Source of the DNA: Octopus sinensis
Lineage: Eukaryota
Reading direction: 5' to 3'
NCBI RefSeq assembly: GCF_006345805.1
Contig: NC_042998.1
Coordinates: 90,830,001 to 90,894,000, forward strand
Length of the DNA: 64,000 nucleotides
In this document: positions 23,636-36,105 of the stretch, piece by piece
Position numbering within the stretch: position 1 is the first letter of the stretch
Layout: each line of letters opens with the position of its first letter
Made by a program: the position numbers and the translations under genes
Notes under the pieces: model-generated
Databases searched by the model: none
Told to the model about the DNA's origin: nothing
What the model saw: only the letters and a program-made list of their open reading frames with translations

Positions 23636-26600
23636 TTGTTGAGATGCTTGAACGGAGGCATGTTGATGTATGTTGCATCCAAGGGGTAAGGTGGAGAGGA
23701 GTTTCTGCCAGGTTCCTCACAGGCAAGACACATGAGTATAAAATCTTCTGGGAAGGTAACAGTGACGGGGTAGGTGGTATGGGCATACTTCTTGCAGAGA
23801 AATGGGTGAATAAGGTCATAGAGCTAATCAGAATGTGCAATAGAGTAAGTCCAGGCTAGTCTTGCAGAATAGTATAGCGACAATTATCTCTGCCTTTGCC
23901 CTACAAGTGGCCTAACAAAAGAACAGAAGGACCACTTTTATGATATTCTTCTGCAGGCTACCTCAAAGACGACTGACAATGATATCATCTTTGTGTCTGG
24001 GGATTTCAATGGGCATGTTGGATGGCAGCCTAATATCTTCCATGTTGTACATGGGGGCCATGGAATTGGTTCCTGAAACAAAGAGGGAACAAGGCTACTG
24101 GAGTTCTGTGGTACAAATAACCTATTGATCTGCAACACCAACTTCAAGAAGCCAACCAACCACCTGATAACCTACCAATCAGGTGACTGTGCTAGCCAGA
24201 TTGGTTACATTCTCACCAGATAGCAGGATGCATAGCTGCTCTGAAATACAAAGACCCTCCCTGGTGAAGAATGTACCCACCAACATAGACTAATCATTAG
24301 TGACTTTAGACTCCAGGCCAGAAGGATGCCAAGAAACAGACCAATCTGGAGAAGAAGGATTTGGAAGCTTACGGATCCTTCATATGGTCAGAGATTTAAG
24401 GGCACCCTAATTGAGAAATTTGATGAGAGGAAGGAGATCCAAACATGTAACATAGAGGGCAACTTGGAATTCCTGTGGGACAGCTTGCTGAGTGCCACAT
24501 ACCAAATCTGTGTCTGGTGCAAAGTCCCATCCAGACCTAGGGTGACATGGCAGTGGAACAATGCTGTAGACAGGGTCATTAGAGCAATGAAACAGGCCTG
24601 TAAAAGTTGCAGTAGCAGGAAATTGTATCAGATAGCCTGACAGGAAGCTAGGATATCTAGCCAAGGGAGAAACAGAATAGAAGAACTTTGCCTATGTTCA
24701 GCGACATGAGGATCAAAGACCTGAAGTGTTTTGGATTGCAAGACAGTGTGTGAGAGAAAATTGTGATGTCATAGGAGAAAAATGTGTCCACATGGATGAT
24801 GATGCATTTGCATTTACTGATTCTGCAAAGAAAGAGGCTTGGAAATGCCATTATGTGAGACTGCTGAACGCAAGGAATGAATGAGAGGAGGTGAGTCTGC
24901 CATATGTTGATCAGCAATCCAAATCAACAGTAGCTTGGTAGATAAAGCAAGTAAGGATATGAAGACAGGGAAAGCACCAGGTCCATCAGAAATTCCTACT
25001 GAGATGCTTAAAATATCTGGTGGTGTGGGTTATGGTATAGTTACCTGTATTGTAAATCAGTAGGTTCATGAAGGAGTGATACCCAATGACTGGTGTAGCA
25101 GAACCATAGTCAACTGATACAAAAGTAAAGGTGATGCCTTAGATAGAAATAATTACAAAGGTATCAAATTGTTGGATCAGGTGATGAAAGTTAGGGAGTG
25201 GGTCATAGCCCAACTAATTAGGGAGATAGTCAGTCTAGATGAGATGTAGTTTGGTTTTGTGCCAAGGAGAAGCACCACTGATGATATATTTCTGGTAATG
25301 CAGCTACAGGAGAAATACATAGCCAAAGATAAACCTCTGTACTAGGCATTTGTTGACTTGGAGAAAGCTTTGACAGGATTCCCTGATCCCTTACCTGGTA
25401 GTCAGTGTGGAAACTAGGGATAGACATGCAGTCAGTGAGAGCTGTACAAGCCATGTACAGGGAGATTACCAGTAAGGTGTAGGTTGGCAACAAGTACAGC
25501 GAAGAATTCAGAGTATAAATAGGGGTTCACCAAGGATCAGTCCTCAGCCCCCTTTTTGTTCATCATAACCCTCCAAACAATAACAGAGGAATTTAAGACA
25601 GGTTACCCCTAGGAGCTCCTCTATGCTGATGACCTTGTTCTTAGAGCTGAGCCACTACCAGAACTAGAGAAGACGTTTCTGGTAGGGAAGCAATGTCTAG
25701 AATGTCTTAGTTATTAGGAAGGCAGACAAATCACAAATCGCTTCAGGTAGATGGCCCTGCTTGATCTGTAGAGAAGACAGAGGTAGAAACTCCACACCCA
25801 GTGTAAGCTATGGACACATAAGAGGTGCAGCAATATCAGAGTTAAGTTAACAAGGAAAATAGCTTTTGTGCGTGGAAGATGCACAGGTACAATAAACACC
25901 AAAAATATACAGAAAATAGATTCTATCAACTGCCAGTGGAGTAAGCTAGAGGTAGTAGATAGTTTCCATTATCTAGGTGACCAAGTTAATAGCAGAAGTG
26001 GATACTCCAAAAGTGTAGCTGTGAAAATAAGATTAGGCTGGGCAAAGTTCAGAGAGCTGCTGGCTCTGCTGGCAACAAAGGCCTTTCTCTCAGAGTGAAA
26101 GGCAGATTGCATGATGCCTGTGTGCAAACAGCTATACTACACAGCAGTGAGACATGAGTTCTGACAGCTGAGGACATGTGTAGGTTTGAAAGAAATGAAG
26201 CCAGTATGCTTCCCTGGATGTGCAATGTCAGTGTGCATGTCTGACAGAATGTACCCAGGAAGACATAGAACGAGGAGGTGAAGCATGATCTTCGAGCTTT
26301 GGGCCATACAAAGGCAATGACTAGTGACCAAGACCTTTGGTGATATGCTGTGCTTGAAAAGACCAATCAAGCCAAGTGAAATCGTAGTCATGGCTGATGC
26401 TGTTATCATGTAACTGGCACATAAAATGCACTTTTTGAGTGTTGGGCCTAACGGCATCAAGGTTGCTGATGCCAGTGGCATGTGAAAGGCTCCTTTCGAG
26501 CATTAGGCCTCACAAAGGCAATGATAGAGACTTGGCATTATGTCGTGTTTCAGAAGAAGACCCATCAAACCAAGTAAAATCGCAGTCACAGCAGATACCA

Positions 26601-26925
26601 GTGTCGTGCAAATGAGATCCATGCCAGTAGCATGTAAAAGCACCTATTATACTCTTGGAATGGTTGGCATTAGGAAGGACCCTTACCCATGTGTACATAT
26701 TCTGTTTTACTATCATTTAACAGTTGTAAATGAGCAACACTCTGTCATACAAGCAATGCTGTTCGCTTCCAAAGTTCCTTGAAAATATGTCCAGCTGTGG
26801 GGAAATATTGCCGTTGTTTAGAAACAGGAGTGTTGGTGGCAGACAAGGCAACTGGCTGTAAAAAATCTGCCTCAACAAATTCCACCTAACCCATACAAAC
26901 ATGGAAAAGTGAATGTTAAACGACA
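23633..26925 (+). mobile_element. Nearly full-length but degenerate RTE-clade LINE (APE endonuclease, RT, tandemly repeated 3' region)
   Basis: EMLERRHVDVCCIQ.VRWRG, GDFNGHVG, NYKGIKLLDQVMKV, FVDLEKA, GVHQGSVLSP, LYADDLV, WAKFRELL; many stops and frameshifts; begins at a (TA)n array. Confidence 0.93.
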
Positions 26926-27328
26926 ATGATGCATCTTATTCCTAAGAATAACATCAGATTTAATAATCTCAACTGTTGATATTTGAAATAGTTGCAACTC
27001 GATACAAAAGTTTTGTTTATTTCTTTCAATCTTTTATTTTTCATCAATGACAGCAAAAAACATTATTCCTTTACAACAAAATCCTATGCACTTACACTTA
27101 GTTCTATCCAAACAAGTAGTAGTTTAAAAATGCCAAAATTAATCAGGGATGTAAGAGCCAATTTATTTGAGAACATCTTCTGAACTGCACACAGCTGGTA
27201 ACTTTAAGATATGGTCTTCACCTATTTACATCTACTTTCAACTAAACTTTTAAATATCTCTCTCTCAGTCATCATTATTTCACATTATCTCAGAAAACTA
27301 AATCCCTGAAATTTCAACATGAAGGCAT

Positions 27329-27333
<5 letters not shown>

Positions 27334-27371
<38 letters not shown>

Positions 27372-27390
27372 ACACACACACACACACACA
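27334..27390. repeat. (CA)n microsatellite
   Basis: Read directly. Confidence 0.95.
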
Positions 27391-27926
27391 TGGTGTGCAT
27401 CAGTCTCACAAGTCAGGGAGTGCCAACAAAGGTCATGAGCATTTATCATCCTCATCTGACTAAAATGATAAATAGAAAAAAAAAGTCTCCAGACAACACA
27501 CACGCTTGTAGTTGCTAGATTTTTTTATAATTACACAATTAAAAAGACTTCTCAACTAGCACAGCTCAATTTAACTAACACAGAACAGATTAAGTTAATT
27601 TCTTCAGAGTTTTTGTTAGAGGGTAACTAGAACATCTTATTTTTCAGCTATATTATATTGTTTATTCAAACAACAATTCAGTAACTGTATTACAAACATA
27701 AATGTAAATATAGGTTATGTGTACAATTGCATGTAAAGAATAAAGAAAAAGTTTTCAAAATCATTTGAGTTGAAAATTAACAAAATATATGTACTGGATC
27801 TGCAAGAAAACTAACAACTACAAACACTAAGAAATTGTGAAAAGATTATTTTTCTTCTTTTTAAACTTTTTACCCTCTACCCTAGTTATCAGCAAACCTG
27901 TTTAAACTTGTAACAACATATATAAT

Positions 27927-28532
27927 ACTAGCTGAATAGCCCGTCGTTGCTGGGCAATTTTTACAATAGAATGTCTTATATAAATTATTGTTTATTCCTT
28001 GTCAGACCATGCCTTCTCTGATCAGGACAGATTTGTGCAATTTTTCACAAAAAAAATTTTGAGGATTTTTCCCTTTTTAATTATTTAAATGTCTGTTTGA
28101 CCATTTCACATGACTTTATTCATTAAAACTTCAGAAGTTCTTACAACTTTGGTCATCATAATGCTTTATTTTTGTGTTCAATAAAAATTCCTCCTCGTAA
28201 TGATTTTGCTTTTATTTTGTGATAGACAACTACTATGCAGAAAATGCCAGCTTCTGAATTCTGTTTTCTAATTAAGTAAATCTGATTAAACTTTAAACCT
28301 TAGTAACATTTTTCTGCAATTTTTCTGGAACAACTAAATAACAAAATCAGATTTAACATGGAAAATTATTTCAATATACCAAATTTGAAAATTTTGACAT
28401 AATTTTAAAATTTCACAATATGTGACAGTAACAGGAAAGACACTACAATAGTAGAGAGACCGGCAGTTATAGGATGTCACACTTACAAACATACACACAG
28501 GTAATCACAAGTTTAAAATGGTGTATAGTAGA
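27927..28532 (+). mobile_element. Helitron/Helentron-like non-autonomous element
   Basis: Starts ACTAGCTG..GCCCgtcgttgctGGGC (5' hairpin); ends with an ACAAACATACACAC tract and TATAGTAGA; same architecture as 44749-45888. Confidence 0.4.
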
Positions 28533-28849
28533 CATATGTATGTATGTGTGAGTGTTTCTTTGCGATGGACATCAGAAAAGCCATCAATCGCCTCTCTCCT
28601 CAAAACTATGTATTCCTCACACCCACTTTTCTTTCCCTTCCTCAGCATTTTAAAAGTTACTTATGTGCGTGTGCAAGTGTGTGTGTGTGTGTATCTATGT
28701 ATTTACGAAAGAATGTATGCAGTCGCGTGTGTATAGTAGAAACTATAAAATAAAGTTTAAAAAACTGATTTAGAAATCTGCAAGATATGTATGTATATAT
28801 ATATGTGTGTTGTACGTGCGTATGTGTGTGTATTTATGTGCATGTATGT

Positions 28850-29040
28850 ATGTGTATATTTGTGTCTGTGTTTGTCCCTCACCACTGCTTGACAACTGGT
28901 GCTGGTGTTTATGTCCCTGTAACTTAGCAGTGTGGCAAACATAGAACAAGTACCAGGCTTAACAAAACATAAGTGCTGTGATTGATTCATTCAACTAAAA
29001 ATTTGTTAAGGCAGTACCCCAGCATGGCCACAGTCTGACA
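28850..29040 (+). mobile_element. 3' half of a CORE-type SINE
   Basis: TGTGTCTGTGTTTGTCCC..GCTTGACAACTGG..GTAACTTAGC..CCAGCATGGCCACAGTC, shared with 34070-34290 (reverse complement). Confidence 0.65.
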
Positions 29041-29280
29041 AAGGTGTGTGTGTGTGTGTGGTGTGTGTGTATGTGTGTGTGTGTATTATTGGGCTGGTGC
29101 ATAATTATTGTGGCTTTTTTTCAACAAAGACAATAACAATATTTAACAAAAACATCTATAAATGACAGTCTGACCATCTGCCAAGTAAATGGTGAATATG
29201 CACCAGAATAATTATTTAAAGATGTTTTTGTTGAAAAAAGCTGCAATAATTATGCACCAACCCAATACATAAGCGTACAA

Positions 29281-29431
29281 GTGGCTGTGGTAAGAAACTT
29301 GCTTCCCAACCACATGGTTCCAGGTTTCAGTCCCACGGCATGGCACCTTGGGCAAGTGTCTTCTACTATAGCTTTGGATCAACCAAAGCCTTGCGAGTGG
29401 ATTTGGTAGATGGAAACTGAAAGAAGTCCGT

Positions 29432-29433
<2 letters not shown>
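29281..29433 (+). mobile_element. tRNA-derived CORE-SINE head, well preserved
   Basis: GTGGCTGTGGTAAG (A box-like), GGTTTCAGTCCC (B box-like), GCACCTTGGGCAAGT CORE block; runs into (TA)n. Confidence 0.75.
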
Positions 29434-29490
<57 letters not shown>

Positions 29491-29494
<4 letters not shown>

Positions 29495-29641
29495 AGAGTT
29501 TACGAAAAAAACAAAAGACGAAGACAGGTGGTGTACAAAAACAGATGTATTAGTATAACGCTCAGGAATAGAAAAAGTCTTTTACGTTTCGAGCCTACGC
29601 TCTTCTACAGAAAGGGACACAGAAAAAACAAGGAGAGAAAC
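29491..29641 (-). mobile_element. Solo terminal (pLTR-like) segment of the Penelope-like family seen at 9338-10445
   Basis: Strong similarity to 9338-9480; flanked on both sides by (TA)n. Confidence 0.75.
29577..29618 (-). ncRNA. Minimal type I hammerhead-like motif, U6 variant
   Basis: gtccctttCUGUAGA-A-GAGC(GUAG)GCUC-GAA-ACGU-A-aaagac: stem I CUUU/AAAG, stem II 4 bp, palindromic ACGU stem III, GUA cleavage triplet. Confidence 0.7.
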
Positions 29642-29642
29642 A

Positions 29643-29685
<43 letters not shown>

Positions 29686-30019
29686 AATACATACATACAT
29701 ACATATGCATATATTTATAAAACTATCTTATATTTCCCTAACAACAACATCAAAATAGTCTCATAACATTCATCATCACTTTAATGACCACTTTTCCACA
29801 CTTGCACAGGTCAGTCAGTGTTTATCGTGGTATATTTTCTATTGCTGGACAACCTTCCTACTGCCAGCCCTCATCAGTTTTTAAGCAAGGTAATATTTTC
29901 CTATGGCCAGACATACTTTCACTGAAGACTGGAAATGAAGGACACCATTTAAATGATGGTGAAACTTGTTTTACAACTACCATGTGATGTAAAGACAAAA
30001 AGACATACACATACTCATG

Positions 30020-30170
30020 ATGGACCTCTCTCAGTTTCCATCAACCAAATCTCTACACAAGGCTTTGGTTGGCCTAAGGCTATAGAAGACACTTACCCAA
30101 GGTGCAACACAGTGAAACTGAACCCAAAACCATGTGGTTGCAAAGCAAACATCTTAACCACACAGCCACA
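30020..30170 (-). mobile_element. CORE-type SINE head
   Basis: Reverse complement GCACCTTGGGTAAGTGTCTTCTATAG; A/B box remnants. Confidence 0.6.
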
Positions 30171-31409
30171 CCTTATTTGTTATTTAAACATATTAGTATG
30201 TTGCTATATAATAGCAGTTGAGAAACTTGGGAAATGGCTCAATTTGTTCCTGCTTTCTATTTACCATTAATTACCTATTTAATTTCTGTCTGTACTTAAT
30301 TGTGTCTCTAGTCATTGGAATGTGTTTGTAATTGTAAGATATGTCAATCCTGGGGGATTCTTCAGTTGATTTTTAAACATTTTAGAACTGTATGCATGTG
30401 TTTTGTAGCACATGTGTATGTATATGTATGTGCTTTGTAATATATGCACAAAGGTCTCAACATAAATATGAAATCTGCACAGAATATGCTTAGTGAAGAC
30501 CGTGGAGAGTGTGAAAAAATAAGTTTGCCATGACCTTGCTACTGCACTTTTGACCTGAAAAGAAGAAAACAAGACAAAAACAAACAAGAAGACTGAAGAA
30601 AGAAGACAAAATGGAAGAAGACAGTGACAAAGGCAACAAAGATAGGAGGAAAGGTAGAAGAAAAAGAAATGTTATTTGTTGGCAAAAAAATGAAACAAAA
30701 GAAAACAGTTTCTTATCAACTTATATCTAAGAACCACAATACAGTCTCAAAAATGAGAAAAATTGCTAAGTATGCAACAGTTTCAAGAATGCAATGAAGA
30801 ACATGACATTAACAATAATTGGAGCATGAGGTTAGGTTCCTAAAAAATGATTAAATTCTTTAAATATCAGCATAATTAAAAACTGTAAAATGTTTGAAAC
30901 TGGCCATATGCTAAAGAACAATACTATCTATCCAAAATCTTCAGCTCTAATGGAAGGATATTTATTCCTATGTAATCAACACCAACCTCGTGTACAAAAA
31001 AGCAGTAGATATATTTTTAAATCATGTACAGTAACCAGAAAGACAGGTCAATACAATAGTAAATATAAAGAGAAACTTTATAGTTACTACTTTGCTGCTG
31101 GTCAAAATGCAGTGATAGTAAACTTATAATCACTGTAGAACTACTTGAAGCATAGAAAATGTAGATTGTCAGGAAGTATTTAGATCAAAACAAGATACGT
31201 GATACATAGAATGAACATTAACAAAAAAACTGTTACTGTTAAAGACCAAGTCACAAAACTGATAGAGAAATCAAAAACTACACATATAATATTATTCACA
31301 ATTTAGAAAGAATATCTGCTCAATAGGATGTCAAGTCAAAATACAATAACCTATAGATAGAATCATAAGTTAAAATAGACACAGAAATGAAATAACAATA
31401 CAAGTATCA

Positions 31410-31452
<43 letters not shown>

Positions 31453-31689
31453 AGAGAGAGAGAGAATAGGTAGGTAGATAGATGAAGTTTGCTTGACAAC
31501 CATATGTTTTCAAGTTCATTCCTACAAAGTGGCACCTTGGACAAATGAAGTAAATTACATCGTCCCCAGTGTTCTGCTAGTACTTATTTTATCACCCACT
31601 TAAGGATGAATGGCAACGTCGACCTCAGCAGAATTTGAACTCAAAAATAATACTAACAATTCTGCCAGCTCATCTTAAAAAAGAAAATT

Positions 31690-33253
31690 TGAAGAGAAAA
31701 TTTACTACGCCAAGGCAGGAATGATAAAGATGAAGGTTAAAGAAGACATCGCTGGATTTATAAGGATTAGAAATATCAGAGAAATTGATACTAGAGTAAT
31801 TTGAAGAAATAAGAAAGATATACCAAGAAAGATTTATCATCAGTAAGATGAGTTAAGTAATGCAGGTTATTTTTGGCAGTGAAAAAGTTAAAATACTGAA
31901 AAGTCTACAAGTATATACCATCTCTGGTATTAATGACCTAATATGTTACGTAGCTATACTTACCACAGAAATAAATTTTCCAATATAAAACTAAATCAAA
32001 AGGAACAAAGAAATTTTCAGATTGGTCTCCACTACTCTTCATACTACCTTGATTCTCTTAAAGTCTATACAAAAACATCATCAATCCAAAAGTAATGAAG
32101 GAATTAACTAGCTAACGTTAATGACAACAAAAATGAACATATTAGTTTATTTCATACGTTCTATTAGAATTGTTACAGTTCAGTGTTAATAAACATGCTG
32201 TGCTTGTTTAAAGAGAGAAGAAAAGGTAGTTAAAATCTGACCAAGATCACCTAAAGAGTTTATAACAAAATGATGAACTGAAAGGAAATGAAAGATAGAG
32301 AGGATCAACAATATTCTAAAATCAAAATTAAAAGCATCAATACTGAGCTACTCTGAAGCTTTTTAGTGAATAGAAACGGCAAAGGTTGTTAAGAGGCTAC
32401 ATATACCCTCTTAATAGTATTAGTTAACAGTATATAGTGAGAAATGAAGGAAGTAGACCACAATATAACAGATACTGTATACACTTGGGGAGAGTTGTAT
32501 ATCAGGAAAAGGAAGAGAAGCTGATATTTGCAGTCAGTGAGAATAACAGTGAATGAAGATAGGTAGAAAAAATTTACAAACAAAAGGGAAAATGTTCATG
32601 GGCAATTTGTCTGGCAACTGTAAGATATACAAGAAGAATAATGGGCTTGGCTGATATGTGGAGGACTAATGAGGAAAACAGAACTTTTATCCTAGCTGTA
32701 TATGAACACATGATTAGAAGTCTTTTCAAAACAAAAATAGCTAGCAATGTAATGTTTTGTCTTTATAACAAGTAAATGCACATTTCCATCATTTTATACA
32801 TGAAAACAACAAAATGACAAAAACATAAAATGAAGGAGATATGGTAAGGTAGAGAAAAAGATACTCAGAAGGAAAGTATGAAATATAGATTTAGCTGTTT
32901 TTGGAAATGAATATTGCAGTATTCTAAGATCATGTGGAAGTTTTCTCCATAAAGTGGGAAATATGCAGGTTGTGGGCAATGAAGAAGAGTGGACATGATA
33001 CCAGTGGTAATTGGTTGCTTGAAAGTATCAGTGCCCAACTACCAGCATGGCTCAAAGAGATTGGTACAAATGTAAAGACAGAACATCTACAAAAATCATC
33101 ATTGCTTGGAACTGCAAGAGTTCTCTGCAGAGTTTTTGAAGCATGATCAATAAGCAAGAGTCATCTTAGTTTGCTGTCTGTGAACAACTAACACTTTCCA
33201 TCATACCCAGCAAAATAAGCTGAGAGTTTTAATCAAATAATAATAATAATAAT
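31690..33253 (+). mobile_element. Old, fragmented R4/Dong-type (restriction-like endonuclease) non-LTR retrotransposon with (TAA)n tail
   Basis: HGQFV.., IDLAV.., EICRLW..MIPVVIG..LKEIG..LQKSSLLGTARVL; (TAA)n at 33237-33253. Homology may extend left to about 30700. Confidence 0.55.
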
Positions 33254-34069
33254 CCTTTCAGCTATAAGTAAAAGCCTGAATTTTGGGGGTGTGCAGGGGT
33301 AAGTTGATTACATCAACCCCAGTACTCAACTGGTACTTATTTTCTTGAGCCCAAAAGAATGAAAGGCAAAATCGACTTTGGCAGTATTTGAACTCAGAAA
33401 ATATAAAAATTTGCTCATTGAAATAAAAAACATGTGACACTTCAAGGAGCTCTAGGAATGACCAAAGCAGGAACTGAAAATTATTTGAGAATAATTCCTG
33501 ACTTACCATCCCTGCGAGAAGTGCAAAAAATGTTTTAACTGGTATGTCACTTGTATTGAGGAGAGCATTATCACTGTGAGAACAATAACCATCCATGTAA
33601 TTTTTTTTTTTTATATTACTTTATTTGATTTTGCAAATGACAGATCTGGTGTGTTTATTTTAGTGGCCTTTCAGTGTATACAGTAAGTTTCTTTGCTCTA
33701 GGTGTCAGGAAGATACTCAACAAAAAAATGGAAACAAGATTGAAGTAAGATGATAATGATGTCTAACATTTATATAAAGGTACAGATTTTATGACGAAAG
33801 TAGAGTCAAATCAAATCCTAATTCTTAAGTGATAATTATTTTATCAAACAGAATGAAGACAAAGTCAACTCTGACAGGACTGAAACAGAACATAGTGAAT
33901 CAATTCTAAATACTGCAAAACATGTAGTTCAATGTCCTCTAATATTATTGTGAATTATTATTATTATTATTATTATTTTTGTTGATATCATTATTATTAT
34001 TATTATTATATTAAGGTGGTAAGCTGGCAGAATCATGAGCATGCAAGGCAAAACACTCTTTTACTCTTA

Positions 34070-34285
34070 TTTATTTCAGTTATTTGACTGTGACCATGCT
34101 GAAGCACAACCTTTAGTCAAACTAATCAACCCCAAGATGTATTCTTTGTAAGCCTAGTACTTATTCTATCAGTCTCTTTTGCTAAACTGCTAAGTTACGG
34201 GGAAGGCAAATACACCAGCATCGGTTGTCAAGAGATGGTGGGGGGACAAACACAGACACACAAACATATACACACACACATATAT

Positions 34286-34322
<37 letters not shown>

Positions 34323-34868
34323 GGGAGTATAACTCCAAACTTACAGGGAAAAATTCAATTTAGTATTAAATCAAATTTCACAATATAAATATATAATATA
34401 TAAATTAGAGAAAAAAAACAACACTATTATGCAATTCAAACAATGATAGACATAAGCCAAATCATAAATAAAAAAAAATATTTTTATAAAACATATAACT
34501 AGATCACAAAAAGTATAAAAATTAATAATCAATATATAAGTAATATTATATATTATTATATATTGATTATTCATTTTTATACTTTTTGTGATCTAGTTAT
34601 ATGTTTTATAAAAATATATTTTTTTATTTATGATTTGGCTTATGTCTATCATTGTTTGAATTGCATAACAGTAGTTTTTTTCTCTAATTTATATTATATA
34701 TACATACACACACACAACGGGCTTCTTTTCATTTTCCATCTACAAAATCCACTAACAAGGCTTTGGTTGGCCTGAGGCTATAGCAGAAGACACTTGCCCA
34801 TGGTGCCATGCAGTGAGACTGAACCCAGAACCATGTGGTTGGTAAACAAACTACTTACCACACAGCCA
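34070..34868 (-). mobile_element. CORE-type SINE split by an insertion in its central microsatellite
   Basis: 5' half at 34715-34868 and 3' half at 34070-34290, same orientation. Confidence 0.7.
34390..34700. repeat. Long near-perfect inverted repeat (about 150-bp arms, centre near 34548)
   Basis: ATGCAATTCAAACAATGATAGACATAAGCCAAATC..AACTAGATCACAAAAAGTATAAAAAT mirrored exactly; ORFs 34371(-) and 34563(+) share the same peptide. Confidence 0.95.
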
Positions 34869-35019
34869 TTCCTGCACCTAACAGCATTTCATCTATCTCT
34901 ATGTTCTGAGTTCAAATTCTGTCAAGATCGACTTTACTTTTCATTCTTTTGGGGTCAATAAATTAAGTACCAGTGAAACACTGGGGTCAACTAGTTCCTT
35001 CCCCCAAATTTCAGAGAGC

Positions 35020-36105
35020 TTTTATACTAGAATAAGAATAGCTTGGGCAAAGTTCAAAGAGCTCTTACCTCTGCTGGTAACAAAGGACTTCTCGCTCAGA
35101 GTAAAAGGCAGACTGTATGATGCATGTGTATGAACAGCCATGCTACATGGCAGTGAAACATGGGCTGTGACTGCTGAGGACATGCGTAAGCTCATAAGGA
35201 ATGAAGCCAGTATGTTCTGATGGATGTGTAATGTCAGTGTGCATAATCGACAGAGTGTAAGTACCTTGAGAGAAAAGTTGGACCTAAGAAGCATCAGATG
35301 TGGTGTGCAAGAGAGACGACTGCGCTTTTATGGTCATGTGGCGAGAATGGATGAGGATAACTGTGTGAAAAAGTGCCACACCCTAGCGGTTGAGGGAACC
35401 TGAGGAAGAGGTAGACCCAGGAAGACCTGGGATGAAGTGGTGAAGCACAACCTTCGAACATTAGGCTTCACCAAGGCAATGACTAGTGACCGAGACTTGA
35501 AAATATGCTGTGCTTGAGAAGACCCGGCAATCCAAGTGAGACCAGAACCTCGTGGCCTATGCCAGGGGTGTAACCAGCCCACTTATGCATACTTTCCTTC
35601 ATTGGACACTAAAATCTGTTTGCGAAGACCTGTTCAGGCAAATGAAATCGAAGTCAAATTCGATGACTGGCATCCGTGCTAGTGGAGTGCTAAGAGCACC
35701 ATCCGAGCATGATCATTGCCAAAGCAGCTAACTGGTTTCCTTGCCAGTGGCACATAAAAAGCACCATTTGAGCATGATCGTTACCAGTGTTGCCTTACTG
35801 GCACATGAAAAAACATTCAAGCGAGGTCATTGCCAGTGCCGCTGGACTGGCTCCTATGCAGGTGGCACGTAAAAAACACCATTTGAGCATGGCCGTTGCC
35901 AGTACCACCCGATTGGCCCTTGTGCTGGTGGCACGTAAAAGCACCCACTACATTCTCGGAGTAGTTGGCGTTATGAAGGCATCCAGCTGTAGAAACTCAG
36001 CCAGATCAAGATTGGAGCCTGGTGCAGCCATCTGGTTCGCCAGTCCTCAGTCAAATCATCCAACCCATGCTAGCATGGAAAGTGGATGTTAAACGATGAT
36101 GATAA
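35020..36105 (+). mobile_element. RTE-clade LINE 3' fragment, relatively young
   Basis: RIRIAWAKFKELLPLL..LHGSETWAV..RGRPRKTWDEVVKH; four UTR repeat units; GGATGTTAAAC(GAT)n tail. Confidence 0.92.
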
